55,228 nucleotides of DNA from Desulfobacteraceae bacterium (lineage in GTDB: Bacteria; Desulfobacterota; Desulfobacteria; Desulfobacterales; ETH-SRB1): contig JAPVVG010000208.1 of the NCBI GenBank assembly GCA_028571455.1, positions 1 through 55,228 on the forward strand. Reading direction: 5' to 3'. Both the position numbers and the translations under genes were made by a program. Of this stretch, positions 27,124 through 37,736 are shown one piece after another (position 1 is the stretch's first letter; the number at the start of each line of letters is the position of its first letter). The notes below the pieces were generated by a model, which ran no database searches, was not told the origin of the DNA, and saw nothing but the letters and a program-made list of their open reading frames with translations.

Positions 27124-28425
27124 TTGGCAATGGTGACCAAGTCTTACAAAAAACGTTTAATTATATGCTTAATAACCGTGCTATTGGCACTCTGTTTTCA
27201 TCATTTTATCAGCAATAAAATAGAATTCGTTACGTATTCCAATGGTAATCTCAGAATCCAGGATTATGCGTATTACATAATTGTAACAAAGGCCTTTTGG
27301 TTTGACGGCTTTGGAAATATCTATAAACTGACTTTTCAACAGCAGGCTTTATCTGCCTATATTGGCTCCCAAATTTATACGGTTATGCCGCTTGGTATTA
27401 GCCCCATTGCTTTAGTTGTGTGGCTTCCCTTTGCCTACGTGGCTCATTTTAGCATGGCGCTTTCATATACTTTATGGGTTACGTTTTCTCTTTTTATTCT
27501 CTTTACTGCCTTGTGGAAGGTTGCCAGATATGTTTTTCAGTTAAAAAAACTTGATTTGTTGCCCATTGCGCTTTCTTTTGTCACCGTATTTTCCATAACC
27601 ATGTTTCGGGCTTTACATCTTGGACAAACTTCGGTTCTTGCAGCCGGCTTGTTTATCCACTTAAATTATTTCGTTCATAAAACAGGCAAAGAATTAAATT
27701 CTGGCAAATGGGTTCCTATTCTCTTTATAATTTTTCTTTTGGGAATTAAACCTACTTATATAGCGCTTGGATTTGGTCTATTAATTATTTATGGGATGTG
27801 GCGGCAGACAATTTATTCAGTTGCAGTTGTCATATTCGTTCTTATATGCGTTACCCCTATTTTAACAACAGATTGGATACTGTCTTACCTCCACCAGCTT
27901 AGCATCTTCAGCCAAAAAGTAGTTCCTGATGCATATGCATGGGCATTTGCACCCCATACAATGAACATCTTCCGCAGTGCCTTTCGAAATTTTATAGGCG
28001 ATAATATTGCGGGGCTGATTTCAAGCGCTGTTTCATATAGTGTATATATAAGTGTAGTGGGTTTAAGTATCCTACCGAAATTAAAAGGCACTTCCACAGC
28101 TAAATTATACCTAATTAATTTGTCAAAGGATCAACTCTTTGTCCTGCTTATTGCGAGTTACCTCCTGTTCGCACCATATGCCGGCGCATATGAGGATGTT
28201 TTATTCTTGCCTGTTTTTTCTACAGTTTTGCTCATTGGCAAAACTCCGAACCTGACAGATTATAAAAGCCTTTTCCTAATCTTTTCTCTCTTTGTTATCT
28301 TGCTCCACAGTTATTTGCCGCCTGATAAACCGCTTTGGTTATTCTGGATACTTAAATTTACAATATTAGCATACATGTTTTATTTCTGTCGTTTTCAGAA
28401 AGGAAGAGAAGGATTTATTGGATGA
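27124..28425 (+). CDS. Membrane glycosyltransferase, GT87/DUF2029-like
   Basis: QDYAYY after TM1, LGQTS, IKP, YED motifs; polytopic. Confidence 0.65.
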   Translation: MAMVTKSYKKRLIICLITVLLALCFHHFISNKIEFVTYSNGNLRIQDYAYYIIVTKAFWFDGFGNIYKLTFQQQALSAYIGSQIYTVMPLGISPIALVVWLPFAYVAHFSMALSYTLWVTFSLFILFTALWKVARYVFQLKKLDLLPIALSFVTVFSITMFRALHLGQTSVLAAGLFIHLNYFVHKTGKELNSGKWVPILFIIFLLGIKPTYIALGFGLLIIYGMWRQTIYSVAVVIFVLICVTPILTTDWILSYLHQLSIFSQKVVPDAYAWAFAPHTMNIFRSAFRNFIGDNIAGLISSAVSYSVYISVVGLSILPKLKGTSTAKLYLINLSKDQLFVLLIASYLLFAPYAGAYEDVLFLPVFSTVLLIGKTPNLTDYKSLFLIFSLFVILLHSYLPPDKPLWLFWILKFTILAYMFYFCRFQKGREGFIG

Positions 28426-28435
28426 GTGAGGCATC

Positions 28436-29173
28436 TCATTTTGACAATAAACCATATTTAATGACGCAATATATTGCTCTGAAACCGTCTTTCCAGTTTA
28501 TTTTTTTCCCTTCCTGATATGTCCTGCCATAGTAAGAAATTCCTATTTCATAAATCCGGATATCTTTTAGTCTGGATACCTTTGCGGTAACTTCAGGTTC
28601 GAACCCGAATCTGTTTTCTTTTAATATTATGCTTTGAATAATTTCCGTTCTGAACATCTTATAGCAGGTTTCCATATCCGTAAGATTCAGGTTGGTAAAC
28701 ATGTTGGAAAGAAAAGTGAGGAGTTTGTTTCCGATGGTGTGCCAGAAAAAGAGTATTCGATGCGGTTTGCCCCCCATAAACCTGGAACCATAAACTACGT
28801 CGGCATGGCCATCTATTATGGGTTGAAGCAACAGATTATATTCATTCGGATCATATTCCAAATCCGCATCCTGAATTATCAGATATTCGCCGGTTGCATT
28901 TTGAATACCTGTTCTCAACGCCGCCCCCTTGCCCATATTTATCTTGTGTTCAAAATATTTTATTTCCAAATCAGAGTTGTCTTCTATATATTTTTTTATA
29001 CATTCTCCGGTATCGTCTGTCGAACAATCATTTACAAAGATAATTTCTTTCTGAATATTGTTAATCAGCGTTGTATTTTTAATTTTATCGAGAATCAAAT
29101 GAATGGTTTTGCTTTCGTTATAGGCGGGAATAATTATTGATAGCTTATTTGATATTAATTTTGAATTTAACAT
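28436..29173 (-). CDS. GT2 glycosyltransferase (DPM1-like)
   Basis: IIPAYNE, NMGKGAA, QDADLEYDP, TDMETCYK, EGKKINWKDG. Confidence 0.92.
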   Translation of the reverse strand: MLNSKLISNKLSIIIPAYNESKTIHLILDKIKNTTLINNIQKEIIFVNDCSTDDTGECIKKYIEDNSDLEIKYFEHKINMGKGAALRTGIQNATGEYLIIQDADLEYDPNEYNLLLQPIIDGHADVVYGSRFMGGKPHRILFFWHTIGNKLLTFLSNMFTNLNLTDMETCYKMFRTEIIQSIILKENRFGFEPEVTAKVSRLKDIRIYEIGISYYGRTYQEGKKINWKDGFRAIYCVIKYGLLSK

Positions 29174-29285
29174 TTTAATAATTCACGTATTTTCTATATC
29201 TGTCCCTGTTTCATTACTATGAATACTTAACTGCAATCTGATCATGCTTAATCGACTGTTTTTAAAGAATAATTATACAACTGCC

Positions 29286-30782
29286 TTAAAACCCTTTAAT
29301 AGAGGTGGGTTTTCCTTCATAAGAGTATATGTATATCTCACCCCAATTCGTAAGCGCTGGGAAATGTTTTTCCAGCAGAAAATACTTCTCTACGTGAGCA
29401 ATAAGATCAGGCAGCGCGTGATTTTTCCAGGAGCACACATACCAGACGCGTAAATATCTTTTTTGTAATTCCAAAAGCTGTTCAACTTCCCGAACCCGAG
29501 GACTGACGTTATATTTTACTGTTCCGAATTTTGACCAATCAAGTTTTGACCAATAATGATGCAAACAAAAATTTGCTCCAATAGTATCTGGTACTAATAC
29601 GTCATGAGGTTTAATTCTGGACTGTAAAAATTTTGCCGCATCCCGCCAGTTTTGTTTTTCGTTTTTATAGTAAAGCTGAATTTGTGGTAGAGTTGATATA
29701 AAAAGTGCCATAGTAAGCAAAGAAAAGAGCAATTTAGAGAATATTTTTTTGTGTATGCGAAAGTAAACAAATATATGGTCGATCATACTATCTAAGCCTA
29801 CAACGATATAAATTAAATAAAGTGGCAGTAAATGGGAAATATATCGTAGTGCAAAATTGTGTTTTGTGGAAACCATTGAAAGATAACAGAATGTAGGAAG
29901 AAGAATAAAAAGAAAATAAAATACTTTGCGATGAGTCAAAAGCAGACCACTGAAAAAGCAAAGCAGAAATATATAGTTGAATACCAACTGATTAGGTCCG
30001 AATCGATGCAAGAATTCCAGAGAAATGCGCACAAGATTAAGTTTTATGCAGCTGGCACTAGTAATCTGCTGACTAAAAAGTTTTATAAGTATTCCAAGCC
30101 ATGGAGCAAAAGCTAAAAACGGATATAAAAAGAACCAAAAATGCTCTATCCACGTACTTATCTTGCGACAACGAAGATTTACTGCAAGATGAAAAATTAA
30201 ATAAAAACCCTGGCCACAAAAAAGAAATAGGAAAAAGTAGCTGTTATATAAACCCAAAATTGTGAAAATAACCCAACCTATATACCATCCCAGAAAGGCT
30301 TTGCACTTAAAGGATAATGTTCTCTCGAGATATTCCAACTGTGTCCAGCAGGCCCCTAAAGCCAAAAACATCATAAGACTATACATGCGACCATCTTGAC
30401 TATAATGAAGATGGAAAGGAGAGCAGGTCAGCAAAAGAGCAGAAGCCAGAGCTACGCGACGAGAGAATAGTTTGTTCGCTAAAAAAAAGATCAAGAGGCA
30501 TGATAAACTGCCCCATATGGCTGAGGGAAGCCGGAAAAAAAAGACTGAATCATGGATGCAAATTGAAATGGTAGCTAAAAAATAGTGTAATGGTGGGGTT
30601 ACATCTTGGAGAGAGAATTGTAAACCTGTCAAGAAACCTTGTCGTGCTATAATATATGACGTAATTTCATCAGCCCAAAGACTTTTATCTGACAGCCCAT
30701 AGAAGCGTAACCCCATAGCAAAAATGAATAATAAAGCAAGTAGGATTCGATAATCGATATTTTTTTTGGCAAGAGAAAGCAT
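29286..30782 (-). CDS. GT39/ArnT-like (PMT_2) membrane glycosyltransferase
   Basis: SLWADE, TPPLHY, RLPSA, YSQDGRMYS, NWRDAA motifs. Confidence 0.8.
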   Translation of the reverse strand: MLSLAKKNIDYRILLALLFIFAMGLRFYGLSDKSLWADEITSYIIARQGFLTGLQFSLQDVTPPLHYFLATISICIHDSVFFFRLPSAIWGSLSCLLIFFLANKLFSRRVALASALLLTCSPFHLHYSQDGRMYSLMMFLALGACWTQLEYLERTLSFKCKAFLGWYIGWVIFTILGLYNSYFFLFLFCGQGFYLIFHLAVNLRCRKISTWIEHFWFFLYPFLAFAPWLGILIKLFSQQITSASCIKLNLVRISLEFLHRFGPNQLVFNYIFLLCFFSGLLLTHRKVFYFLFILLPTFCYLSMVSTKHNFALRYISHLLPLYLIYIVVGLDSMIDHIFVYFRIHKKIFSKLLFSLLTMALFISTLPQIQLYYKNEKQNWRDAAKFLQSRIKPHDVLVPDTIGANFCLHHYWSKLDWSKFGTVKYNVSPRVREVEQLLELQKRYLRVWYVCSWKNHALPDLIAHVEKYFLLEKHFPALTNWGEIYIYSYEGKPTSIKGF

Positions 30783-30855
30783 TGATATAGGGTGCTATGA
30801 GCCTTACGAAAAGATTAAAAAAAAATTTAGCATATACAACTCGTGAAGTACTTCA

Positions 30856-32802
30856 TTAGCCCGATTTTTCTTTTAATTGAGATAAAGTAAAATACGATAA
30901 ATTCTCAAGAGGTATAACTTTGTAGCGATCAAGCAAACCTTTTTTTCTAAGGTATTCCCAATATGTAGGCTGAAAAACAGCGTAAACGGAGTGCCCTTTT
31001 TGAATATGAAATTCAATCAGTTCGTTAAAATCATTCAGGTTGTCCCTGCTCGGAGAAGCGATACGGATTTTTCCTCGTTCAATTAAACCCAAAAACGGGT
31101 CAAGCCAATTGGTGAAAAGAATTGAGTTTCGGGAAACAGCTTCTGCTGCAGTATTCAACACATTTAAATTAAACTGTCTATGATGGCGGGCACGAGTATA
31201 ATCATAACAAAATGCCATGAGACCTGACCATACCATAGTAAAAAACAATATTGCCACTGTGGTACGGCACACAAGATGCCAGTTGAGTTTGGCAAACCTT
31301 TTGTATGCCGGCAAAAGAATAGTTAACAGAAATGCCAACAAGAGAGGCAAAGTCAGGCAGTAAAATTCCTGCTGATCAATATATGGTAAAAATACATACA
31401 GGGCTAAGAATAAAATAGAAGTTAAAAAAATTAATAATAATGGAATTCTGCCCCATTGCCCATTCAGGTTGCCGGACAACTCACGCCAGGCATATGCGGA
31501 AAGAATAGAAGTGAAAGGTAAGATTGGAACAAAATACCTGAGATTTAAACACATTCCTCCATGCCATGCATTATGGTATGAATAAAAACTTATAAAAAAC
31601 AGAGGAATAAGAAATAATATTATCAAAGGTACGGACTCTTTATCGTGACGGACAATTTTAAAAAAAGGAATCAGTAGCATTACAAGGTAGGGACAACTTT
31701 GCAATAGTGACTTTTTCAGTCCACCTATATATACCATTCCTCCACCCTGGCTTCGTGACAAACCTCCTTCTTTAATATCAAGATCCCGCACACGAAAATC
31801 AACAATTAATTGGTAAGCTCCGTTCAAAGGCTTTTCAACCGTTTTTCGTACTCTAGGAATCAATGAAATAATAACAATTAACAAAATGGTCATGAATATT
31901 ACCGGACGTTTGTAACGGCGCAGAGATGCGTTCAAAGCAGGATATCGCGTTACTACCCATAAAACGGCAACTGCAACTGTAATCAGCCCTGCAAAAGGAA
32001 GATATCGCATAATCTCTAATAGTCCCATGGAGCTTTCAATAGAACGCCCATAGGAAAAGGGTGAGAACACACCGAATTTTGCGTAGTTTGTAGCACTGAG
32101 GATTAATAAACCTGGGAGGGCCCCAAGGCAAACCGAAAGGGCAAGCCCTGGACGGCGCGGTTCCAAAAAAAGAAAGGCAATAATAAAACACGGAAGGACA
32201 AAAATAGAATCCATACGAATTCCCACAGCAAGCCCGGTGATAAAACCACATGCCATGGCCAGCAACAGTGCAATTCGTGTTGTTTTTCCGTGAAACGAAC
32301 AGATAAAAATATAAAAGGCTGCCATAATAAAAAGCGATGAGGTGGCATGAGGCCAGGCAGCTTGCGAATATTCCCATGAGAATGTTGCCAGGACAAAAAT
32401 CAAGCATGCGTTCAAAGCCATGTTACGATCATTGAATAATTTCTGTGCAATGGCGTAACATAGGAATACAATACCTATGAATGCGATAACATTGATAAAA
32501 AACATGCCATGGTAACCCCATATTCGGTAAAACGGCGTACACAAAATAGGATAAAGGTAGGGATACTGGGAAACAAGTCTGCCGTTTCGGGCGAATATGA
32601 ATATTGACTCCAGTTCAGTTGAAGGATATTCTCGATATCCGTTCCATATTTCAAAGCCTCCGGATTCGGAAAAATTTTTTGCCATCACGTGGTAGGTAGC
32701 CTCATCGATAGAGAGATAACCCGGAACGATTGTAAAAATTGAGATCAGGATATGAGCAGCCAGAAGCAGAAAACAAATTTTTATTTTTTCCGACGATTCC
32801 AT
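30856..32802 (-). CDS. GT-C-like membrane glycosyltransferase
   Basis: SIDEATY after TM1, SQYP, WHGG...RYFVP; polytopic. Confidence 0.65.
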   Translation of the reverse strand: MESSEKIKICFLLLAAHILISIFTIVPGYLSIDEATYHVMAKNFSESGGFEIWNGYREYPSTELESIFIFARNGRLVSQYPYLYPILCTPFYRIWGYHGMFFINVIAFIGIVFLCYAIAQKLFNDRNMALNACLIFVLATFSWEYSQAAWPHATSSLFIMAAFYIFICSFHGKTTRIALLLAMACGFITGLAVGIRMDSIFVLPCFIIAFLFLEPRRPGLALSVCLGALPGLLILSATNYAKFGVFSPFSYGRSIESSMGLLEIMRYLPFAGLITVAVAVLWVVTRYPALNASLRRYKRPVIFMTILLIVIISLIPRVRKTVEKPLNGAYQLIVDFRVRDLDIKEGGLSRSQGGGMVYIGGLKKSLLQSCPYLVMLLIPFFKIVRHDKESVPLIILFLIPLFFISFYSYHNAWHGGMCLNLRYFVPILPFTSILSAYAWRELSGNLNGQWGRIPLLLIFLTSILFLALYVFLPYIDQQEFYCLTLPLLLAFLLTILLPAYKRFAKLNWHLVCRTTVAILFFTMVWSGLMAFCYDYTRARHHRQFNLNVLNTAAEAVSRNSILFTNWLDPFLGLIERGKIRIASPSRDNLNDFNELIEFHIQKGHSVYAVFQPTYWEYLRKKGLLDRYKVIPLENLSYFTLSQLKEKSG

Positions 32803-33073
32803 AGCATAGTTTCAAGTGATCTTAAGCGATAATATCTGAAGGAGGCGTTTGCCATCGATAGAGCAAGAAGTTTGAAAACCTTGAATTCTAAATAATGACA
32901 AGATTTTTTTTGTGAAGGTAAGTTAGATGAAAGTCGCTATTATGTCAAAAGAAATTATAGTCTAAAAGGTTTAAGGGGCGGTGTTTATGGCAAAAGATCA
33001 GATGCCATTTGATGCCACATGATCTCCGCGAAGCCATTATGCCAATGGAGCAGCATGATTCAGGAGCTATATA

Positions 33074-34516
33074 ATGCAAAACAGGGAATCCGAGAAAAAC
33101 GCCCCTCGCGCCATCATAGATCGAATCGTCCGCTGCAGGACTTTTCAAATATATCTCTGCGTTGTCCCGTTGGGGACCTGTGCATTCTTGTGGCCGGCGA
33201 TCCTAAACGGCTACCCGCTTGTATACTTTGACACGGCGAATTACTTGCATGCCGCCTTTACGCTGGACTTCGAACGTTACTGTCGAGGAATCGGGTATCC
33301 CATCTGGTTATGCATTGCCGGCGTTCGACTTTCCGGGTGGCTACCTGTTATAGTTCAAGCTGCGATGAATGCCGCCCTTCTCTGTGCAGTAGCACAGGTA
33401 GTCCTGGGAAACGATCGACGGCGAATATGGATGATCCTTTTTGCTGTTCTTGGTACGGCCCTTCTCAGCGGGGGGCCAAGATATATGTCGTGTCTTATGG
33501 CAGACGCATTGACACCCTGGATGTTCTTGGGATTGTGCCTTTGGCTGCTCGGAACCAGCCGACGAATTCGAATCGTTGGAATGCTACTCACAAGCGCAAG
33601 CGCGCTGGGCCACAACAGTCATCTACCCGTCCTTCTATCCTGTGCATTCCTATTGGGTGCACTCTCCCTCATACTTCAAAACAAAGTTTGGACTTGTACG
33701 CGTCGCTCGATATTGGGAGTGATCCTCACTGCGGCGTTGCTTTTTCCTATGAATTGGGCCCTAGGCAAGACGTTCAACAGTGGCGGATCTCTCTGGTCGC
33801 TTTTTCTCTTCAATTCATTTATCGGCACTGGCGTGGTCGTTGAAACACTGGACCACTATTGCCCTGACGCCGGCTGGGCTTCATGCAAGTTGCGCCAGGA
33901 GTTTGTCGAAATCAGCAAGCGATCTGATCCAGATTGGTTTCTATGGAAGCAGGGCAGCCCGATTCGACGCTTGGGTTGGTCTCAAAACAGGGATGAGCCC
34001 AAGACTATCATCCGGCATGCATTCCAGTGCTGCCCCATGCGAATTATCACCGGGACTCTTTCCGGTGCTTGGAAACAGTTTTGGAGAATCGATTCCAATG
34101 AAGATGTCTATCCAAAGACCACCCAGCCGGTGCGCACTGTGATCGCCATAGCGTTACCTGGCGAGCTGGCCCAGTTTGATGCATCGAAGCAAGCAAACCC
34201 CTCCTCAATCTACGAAAAGAGCGTGAAAACGACGCTGATACCGTGCAACGAAGGTGTCCTTTATGTGCTCGTATACTGCTTGGCCCTGGTCCTGATGCTT
34301 GTTGCCTGGCGACGCAAACACAGGAAGATGACGACCCTGTTCCTTCTGTTGCAGATAATGCTTATCAGCAACGCCCTGGTCTGCAGCTTTTCTGGAACCC
34401 TCCATGCGCGACTTCAGGGCAGAATCGCATGGCTGACCGTATTCTGTGTCCTATTGGGGATTCTGACCGTTATTTGGAGGAAGCCGGCAGAACGAGTTGA
34501 CAGGTCATCCAAGTAA
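33074..34516 (+). CDS. Polytopic membrane protein, possible glycosyltransferase; visibly more GC-rich than its neighbours
   Basis: NGYPLVYFDTANY after TM1, multiple TMs, large extramembrane loop. Confidence 0.55.
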   Translation: MQNRESEKNAPRAIIDRIVRCRTFQIYLCVVPLGTCAFLWPAILNGYPLVYFDTANYLHAAFTLDFERYCRGIGYPIWLCIAGVRLSGWLPVIVQAAMNAALLCAVAQVVLGNDRRRIWMILFAVLGTALLSGGPRYMSCLMADALTPWMFLGLCLWLLGTSRRIRIVGMLLTSASALGHNSHLPVLLSCAFLLGALSLILQNKVWTCTRRSILGVILTAALLFPMNWALGKTFNSGGSLWSLFLFNSFIGTGVVVETLDHYCPDAGWASCKLRQEFVEISKRSDPDWFLWKQGSPIRRLGWSQNRDEPKTIIRHAFQCCPMRIITGTLSGAWKQFWRIDSNEDVYPKTTQPVRTVIAIALPGELAQFDASKQANPSSIYEKSVKTTLIPCNEGVLYVLVYCLALVLMLVAWRRKHRKMTTLFLLLQIMLISNALVCSFSGTLHARLQGRIAWLTVFCVLLGILTVIWRKPAERVDRSSK

Positions 34517-34685
34517 GGCACTCAGCCCTGCAAATAGAACTCCCCATACCAAAATCAATCAATTCTTCAAAGTTATTCGAGACCATGTCTAAGCAGCTTT
34601 GAGCGAGCCCTTAGTCTATTTGAACGTAATTTTAGATTTTTGGGAACAAGGATAAAATAATAGTTGACGACAAAGATTGACTATG

Positions 34686-34710
34686 TTATGAGTACTAATA
34701 TTACTCATAA
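34686..34710. promoter_or_regulatory. Palindromic operator candidate TTATGAGTA-N7-TACTCATAA
   Basis: Perfect 9-bp arms ending 11 bp before an HTH regulator; TTGAC boxes just upstream. Confidence 0.6.
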
Positions 34711-34721
34711 AGAGGGCAATT

Positions 34722-35267
34722 TTGGAAAATCTATTTACAGGGCTCATATCATCGAAAACCAGAATCAAACTACTGGTTCGATTTTTCTTTAACCCCCAGA
34801 CCCGGTCTTACCTGCGAGAGCTTGCCAAAGAGTTCAATGTATCCACAAACTTAGTTCGTAAGGAGCTCAATCAGCTTACAAAAACCAATCTCCTTAAATG
34901 TGAGAAAAACGGTCGGCAAATCCAATATATGGCTAATCAGGAACACCCTCTGTTTCCGGAACTCAAATCTATGGTCGGTAAAGTAATGGGTATTGATTAT
35001 GTCATCGATGACCTTGTCGGCAGACTTGGGGATCTGGAAAGGGCTTATTTGATCGATGATTACGCCGAAGGTAAGGATACAGGCATTATTGACCTTTTGC
35101 TGGTTGGAAATATTAACCAGTATCACCTTAATGATTTAAGCAGAAAAACTGAACGATATATAAAGAGGAAAATCCGTACCCTGGTTTTGGATAAAGATGA
35201 GTTCAGCGCTTTTCAGACTAAATTGAAGGATCGGCCATGCATGCTGATATGGGAAGTGAAAAATTAG
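34722..35267 (+). CDS. ArsR-type winged-HTH regulator with a degenerate nucleotidyltransferase-like C-terminal domain
   Basis: SKTRIKLL, YLRELAKE, DYAEGKDTGIIDLLLVG; first gene of the polysaccharide cluster. Confidence 0.8.
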   Translation: MENLFTGLISSKTRIKLLVRFFFNPQTRSYLRELAKEFNVSTNLVRKELNQLTKTNLLKCEKNGRQIQYMANQEHPLFPELKSMVGKVMGIDYVIDDLVGRLGDLERAYLIDDYAEGKDTGIIDLLLVGNINQYHLNDLSRKTERYIKRKIRTLVLDKDEFSAFQTKLKDRPCMLIWEVKN

Positions 35268-35278
35268 ACAATAAAAAA

Positions 35279-35569
35279 ATGTTTAATCTCAAATCAAGAT
35301 TTAGCAAGGCTTACTCTTCAGGTTTTAAACGCTACTTTGCCAATACTTCTTGGATGATGGGTGAAAAGGTCATCCGTATGGTAGTGGCCCTGTTTGTCGG
35401 CGTCTATGTTGCCCGGTATCTCGGGCCGGAGCGATTCGGACTTTTGAGTTATGCAGGCAGTTTTGTCGGTCTTTTTACAGCGCTGGCAACTCTGGGTTTA
35501 GATGGCATCATGGTGCGGGAGCTGGTCAAGACCCCGGAGCGCAAAAATAAAACTGAAAGACGCAGTTAA
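35279..35569 (+). pseudogene. Truncated Wzx flippase (5' fragment)
   Basis: YFANTSWMMGEK...VARYLGPERFG...LGLDGIMVRELV is a flippase N-terminus but stops after about 96 codons. Confidence 0.8.
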
Positions 35570-35571
35570 TT

Positions 35572-36996
35572 ATGAGGAAACTTTTTTTTCGAATCTGGAA
35601 CTCCCCGACCTTAATGACTTGGGGGAGTTTTTTTTCCAGTTCTCTCAGTTTAGTTATTGTTCTTCCTTTGCTTCTTACACGGCTCAGTACAGAAGAAATA
35701 GCTCTCTGGTATCTTTACATGACGATTATTAGCTTTCAGATGCTGGTGGATGTTGGGTTTTCTCCGACTTTTAGCAGAGTAATCGCATACGCAATGGGGG
35801 GAACAGGAGTTGACGACCTCAAGAGTCCAAAAGATCAAAATAATGGTCAGGCGAACTGGAAAACTCTTGAGTTGATTTGCTCTGAAATGCGTGTCATTTA
35901 TTCTCGCCTGGGTATTCTCTGGACTATGTTGCTGGCCGTTTTTGGGACCCTGTCTTTGCTTAAACCGATTTCTCTTGTACCAAATACGTTTTCAGCGTGG
36001 ATCGCCTGGGGGGTAATTCTTGTAGTTTCTACAATTACTCTTCGAGGCAATATTTATAGCTCTTACCTTCAAGGTATAAATCAAATTGCGCTTCTTCGAC
36101 GGTGGGAGGCAATAACCTCGATTGGGGCTATTGTCACGAGTTTTTTAGTATTGATTTTAGGCGGAGGTTTATTAGGGTTGGTTCTTGCCCATCAAGGTTG
36201 GCAACTACTTAATATACTGCGCAATCGCTGGTTATCAGGTGTTGTAGAAAATGGTCGATTTAAGGAGTTTGCCAGAGGGAAGAAAAATAAAAAAGTCTTC
36301 GATGCAGTATGGCCCAGTGCTTGGCGCAGTGGAATAGGGCATTTAATGAGCTACGGATTAATTCAAGCCAGTGGTATCATGTATGCTCAAGTTGGATCAT
36401 CTGCTGGAGTGGCCTCCTATCTACTGGCGTTGCGCTTAATCGGAACCGTCAGTTCATTTTCTCGAGCACCTTTTTACAGTAAACTACCGACATTGGCACG
36501 CCTTTTTTCCGAGAGTAGAAAAAAGGAATTAATCCGTGTTGCGAAAAGAGGTATGGCTTTGTCGCATTGGACATATATAGCTGGATTTATCAGCTTAGGG
36601 CTCATCGGAGAACCCCTTCTCAAATTCATAGGCAGCAATGCCGACTTCCCTTCTCAAATGTTATGGATATTGTTAGGGCTGGGTTTTTTTGTAGAACGCT
36701 ATGGTGCGATGCATATACAACTTTACAGCACAACAAACCATATTATTTGGCATATTGCCAATGGTGTGACTGGAATGATTTATCTTATTGTGAGCATAGT
36801 GTTTTTTCAATTCATCGGTGTCTATGCTTTTCCTGTAGGGATATTAGCTGGATATCTGGGGTTTTACGCGTGGTATTCGGCAATTCATTCATATAAAGCT
36901 TTTGATTTGAAGTTTATCTCATTTGAAAAGAGCACAAGTTTTGGGCCGCTTGCTGCCATATTAATCTATACTATCAGCTCTTCTTTTGTAAAATAG
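35572..36996 (+). CDS. wzx: Wzx/MOP-type polysaccharide flippase (divergent)
   Basis: About 12-14 TMs, MLVDVGF motif, cluster position. Confidence 0.7.
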   Translation: MRKLFFRIWNSPTLMTWGSFFSSSLSLVIVLPLLLTRLSTEEIALWYLYMTIISFQMLVDVGFSPTFSRVIAYAMGGTGVDDLKSPKDQNNGQANWKTLELICSEMRVIYSRLGILWTMLLAVFGTLSLLKPISLVPNTFSAWIAWGVILVVSTITLRGNIYSSYLQGINQIALLRRWEAITSIGAIVTSFLVLILGGGLLGLVLAHQGWQLLNILRNRWLSGVVENGRFKEFARGKKNKKVFDAVWPSAWRSGIGHLMSYGLIQASGIMYAQVGSSAGVASYLLALRLIGTVSSFSRAPFYSKLPTLARLFSESRKKELIRVAKRGMALSHWTYIAGFISLGLIGEPLLKFIGSNADFPSQMLWILLGLGFFVERYGAMHIQLYSTTNHIIWHIANGVTGMIYLIVSIVFFQFIGVYAFPVGILAGYLGFYAWYSAIHSYKAFDLKFISFEKSTSFGPLAAILIYTISSSFVK

Positions 36997-37058
36997 ATGT
37001 TGACAAATAGATGCTGTCATATTGCCAATAAAGTATTATTACGATAATTTGAGGAAAA

Positions 37059-37736
37059 ATGTTTTTGCTGAAAATTACAGCCCTACTTCCCATGAAAGTA
37101 CACTCTGAGCGAGTGCCCGATAAAAATATCAAAAACTTTTGCGAACGTCCACTTTATCATGCGGTTTTATCAACTTTATTGCAATCTAAATATATTGATA
37201 AAGTCGTTATAAATACGGACAGCGATATTATCAAAGAGGATGCGCTCAAGAACTTTGAAAGAGTGGTGATTATTGACAGGCCAAAGGAGATACAGGGCGA
37301 CTTTGTTTCTATGAATGATATTATTGCCTATGATCTAAGCAAAATAGAAGGTGAGCATTTTTTACAGACACACAGCACAAATCCATTATTGCAAACAGAC
37401 ACCATTGATCTTGCCATTGGGACATATTTTAAGAATCTTAATCAATTTGACAGCCTGTTTTCCGTAACCAGATTGCAAACCCGCCTTTATTGGAAGGATG
37501 GGGTTCCGATAAATCATAATCCGAATGAACTGCTTCGCACCCAGGATCTGCCGCCGGTGTATGAAGAAAATTCTAATTTCTACATATTTTCTAAAAAATC
37601 TTTTGTGGATGCAGGGAGGGCACGCATTGGTTTAAAGCCTCAGATGTTTGAAATAAGCAAGCTTGAGGCCGTGGATATTGACGAACCGGAAGATTGGGGA
37701 ATCGCGGAAGTTTTGTATAAGAGGCGAGCGAATTGA
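37059..37736 (+). CDS. Acylneuraminate cytidylyltransferase-family protein (NeuA-like)
   Basis: PMKVHSERVPDKN, INTDS, HSTNPLL, EAVDIDEPED. Confidence 0.9.
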   Translation: MFLLKITALLPMKVHSERVPDKNIKNFCERPLYHAVLSTLLQSKYIDKVVINTDSDIIKEDALKNFERVVIIDRPKEIQGDFVSMNDIIAYDLSKIEGEHFLQTHSTNPLLQTDTIDLAIGTYFKNLNQFDSLFSVTRLQTRLYWKDGVPINHNPNELLRTQDLPPVYEENSNFYIFSKKSFVDAGRARIGLKPQMFEISKLEAVDIDEPEDWGIAEVLYKRRAN

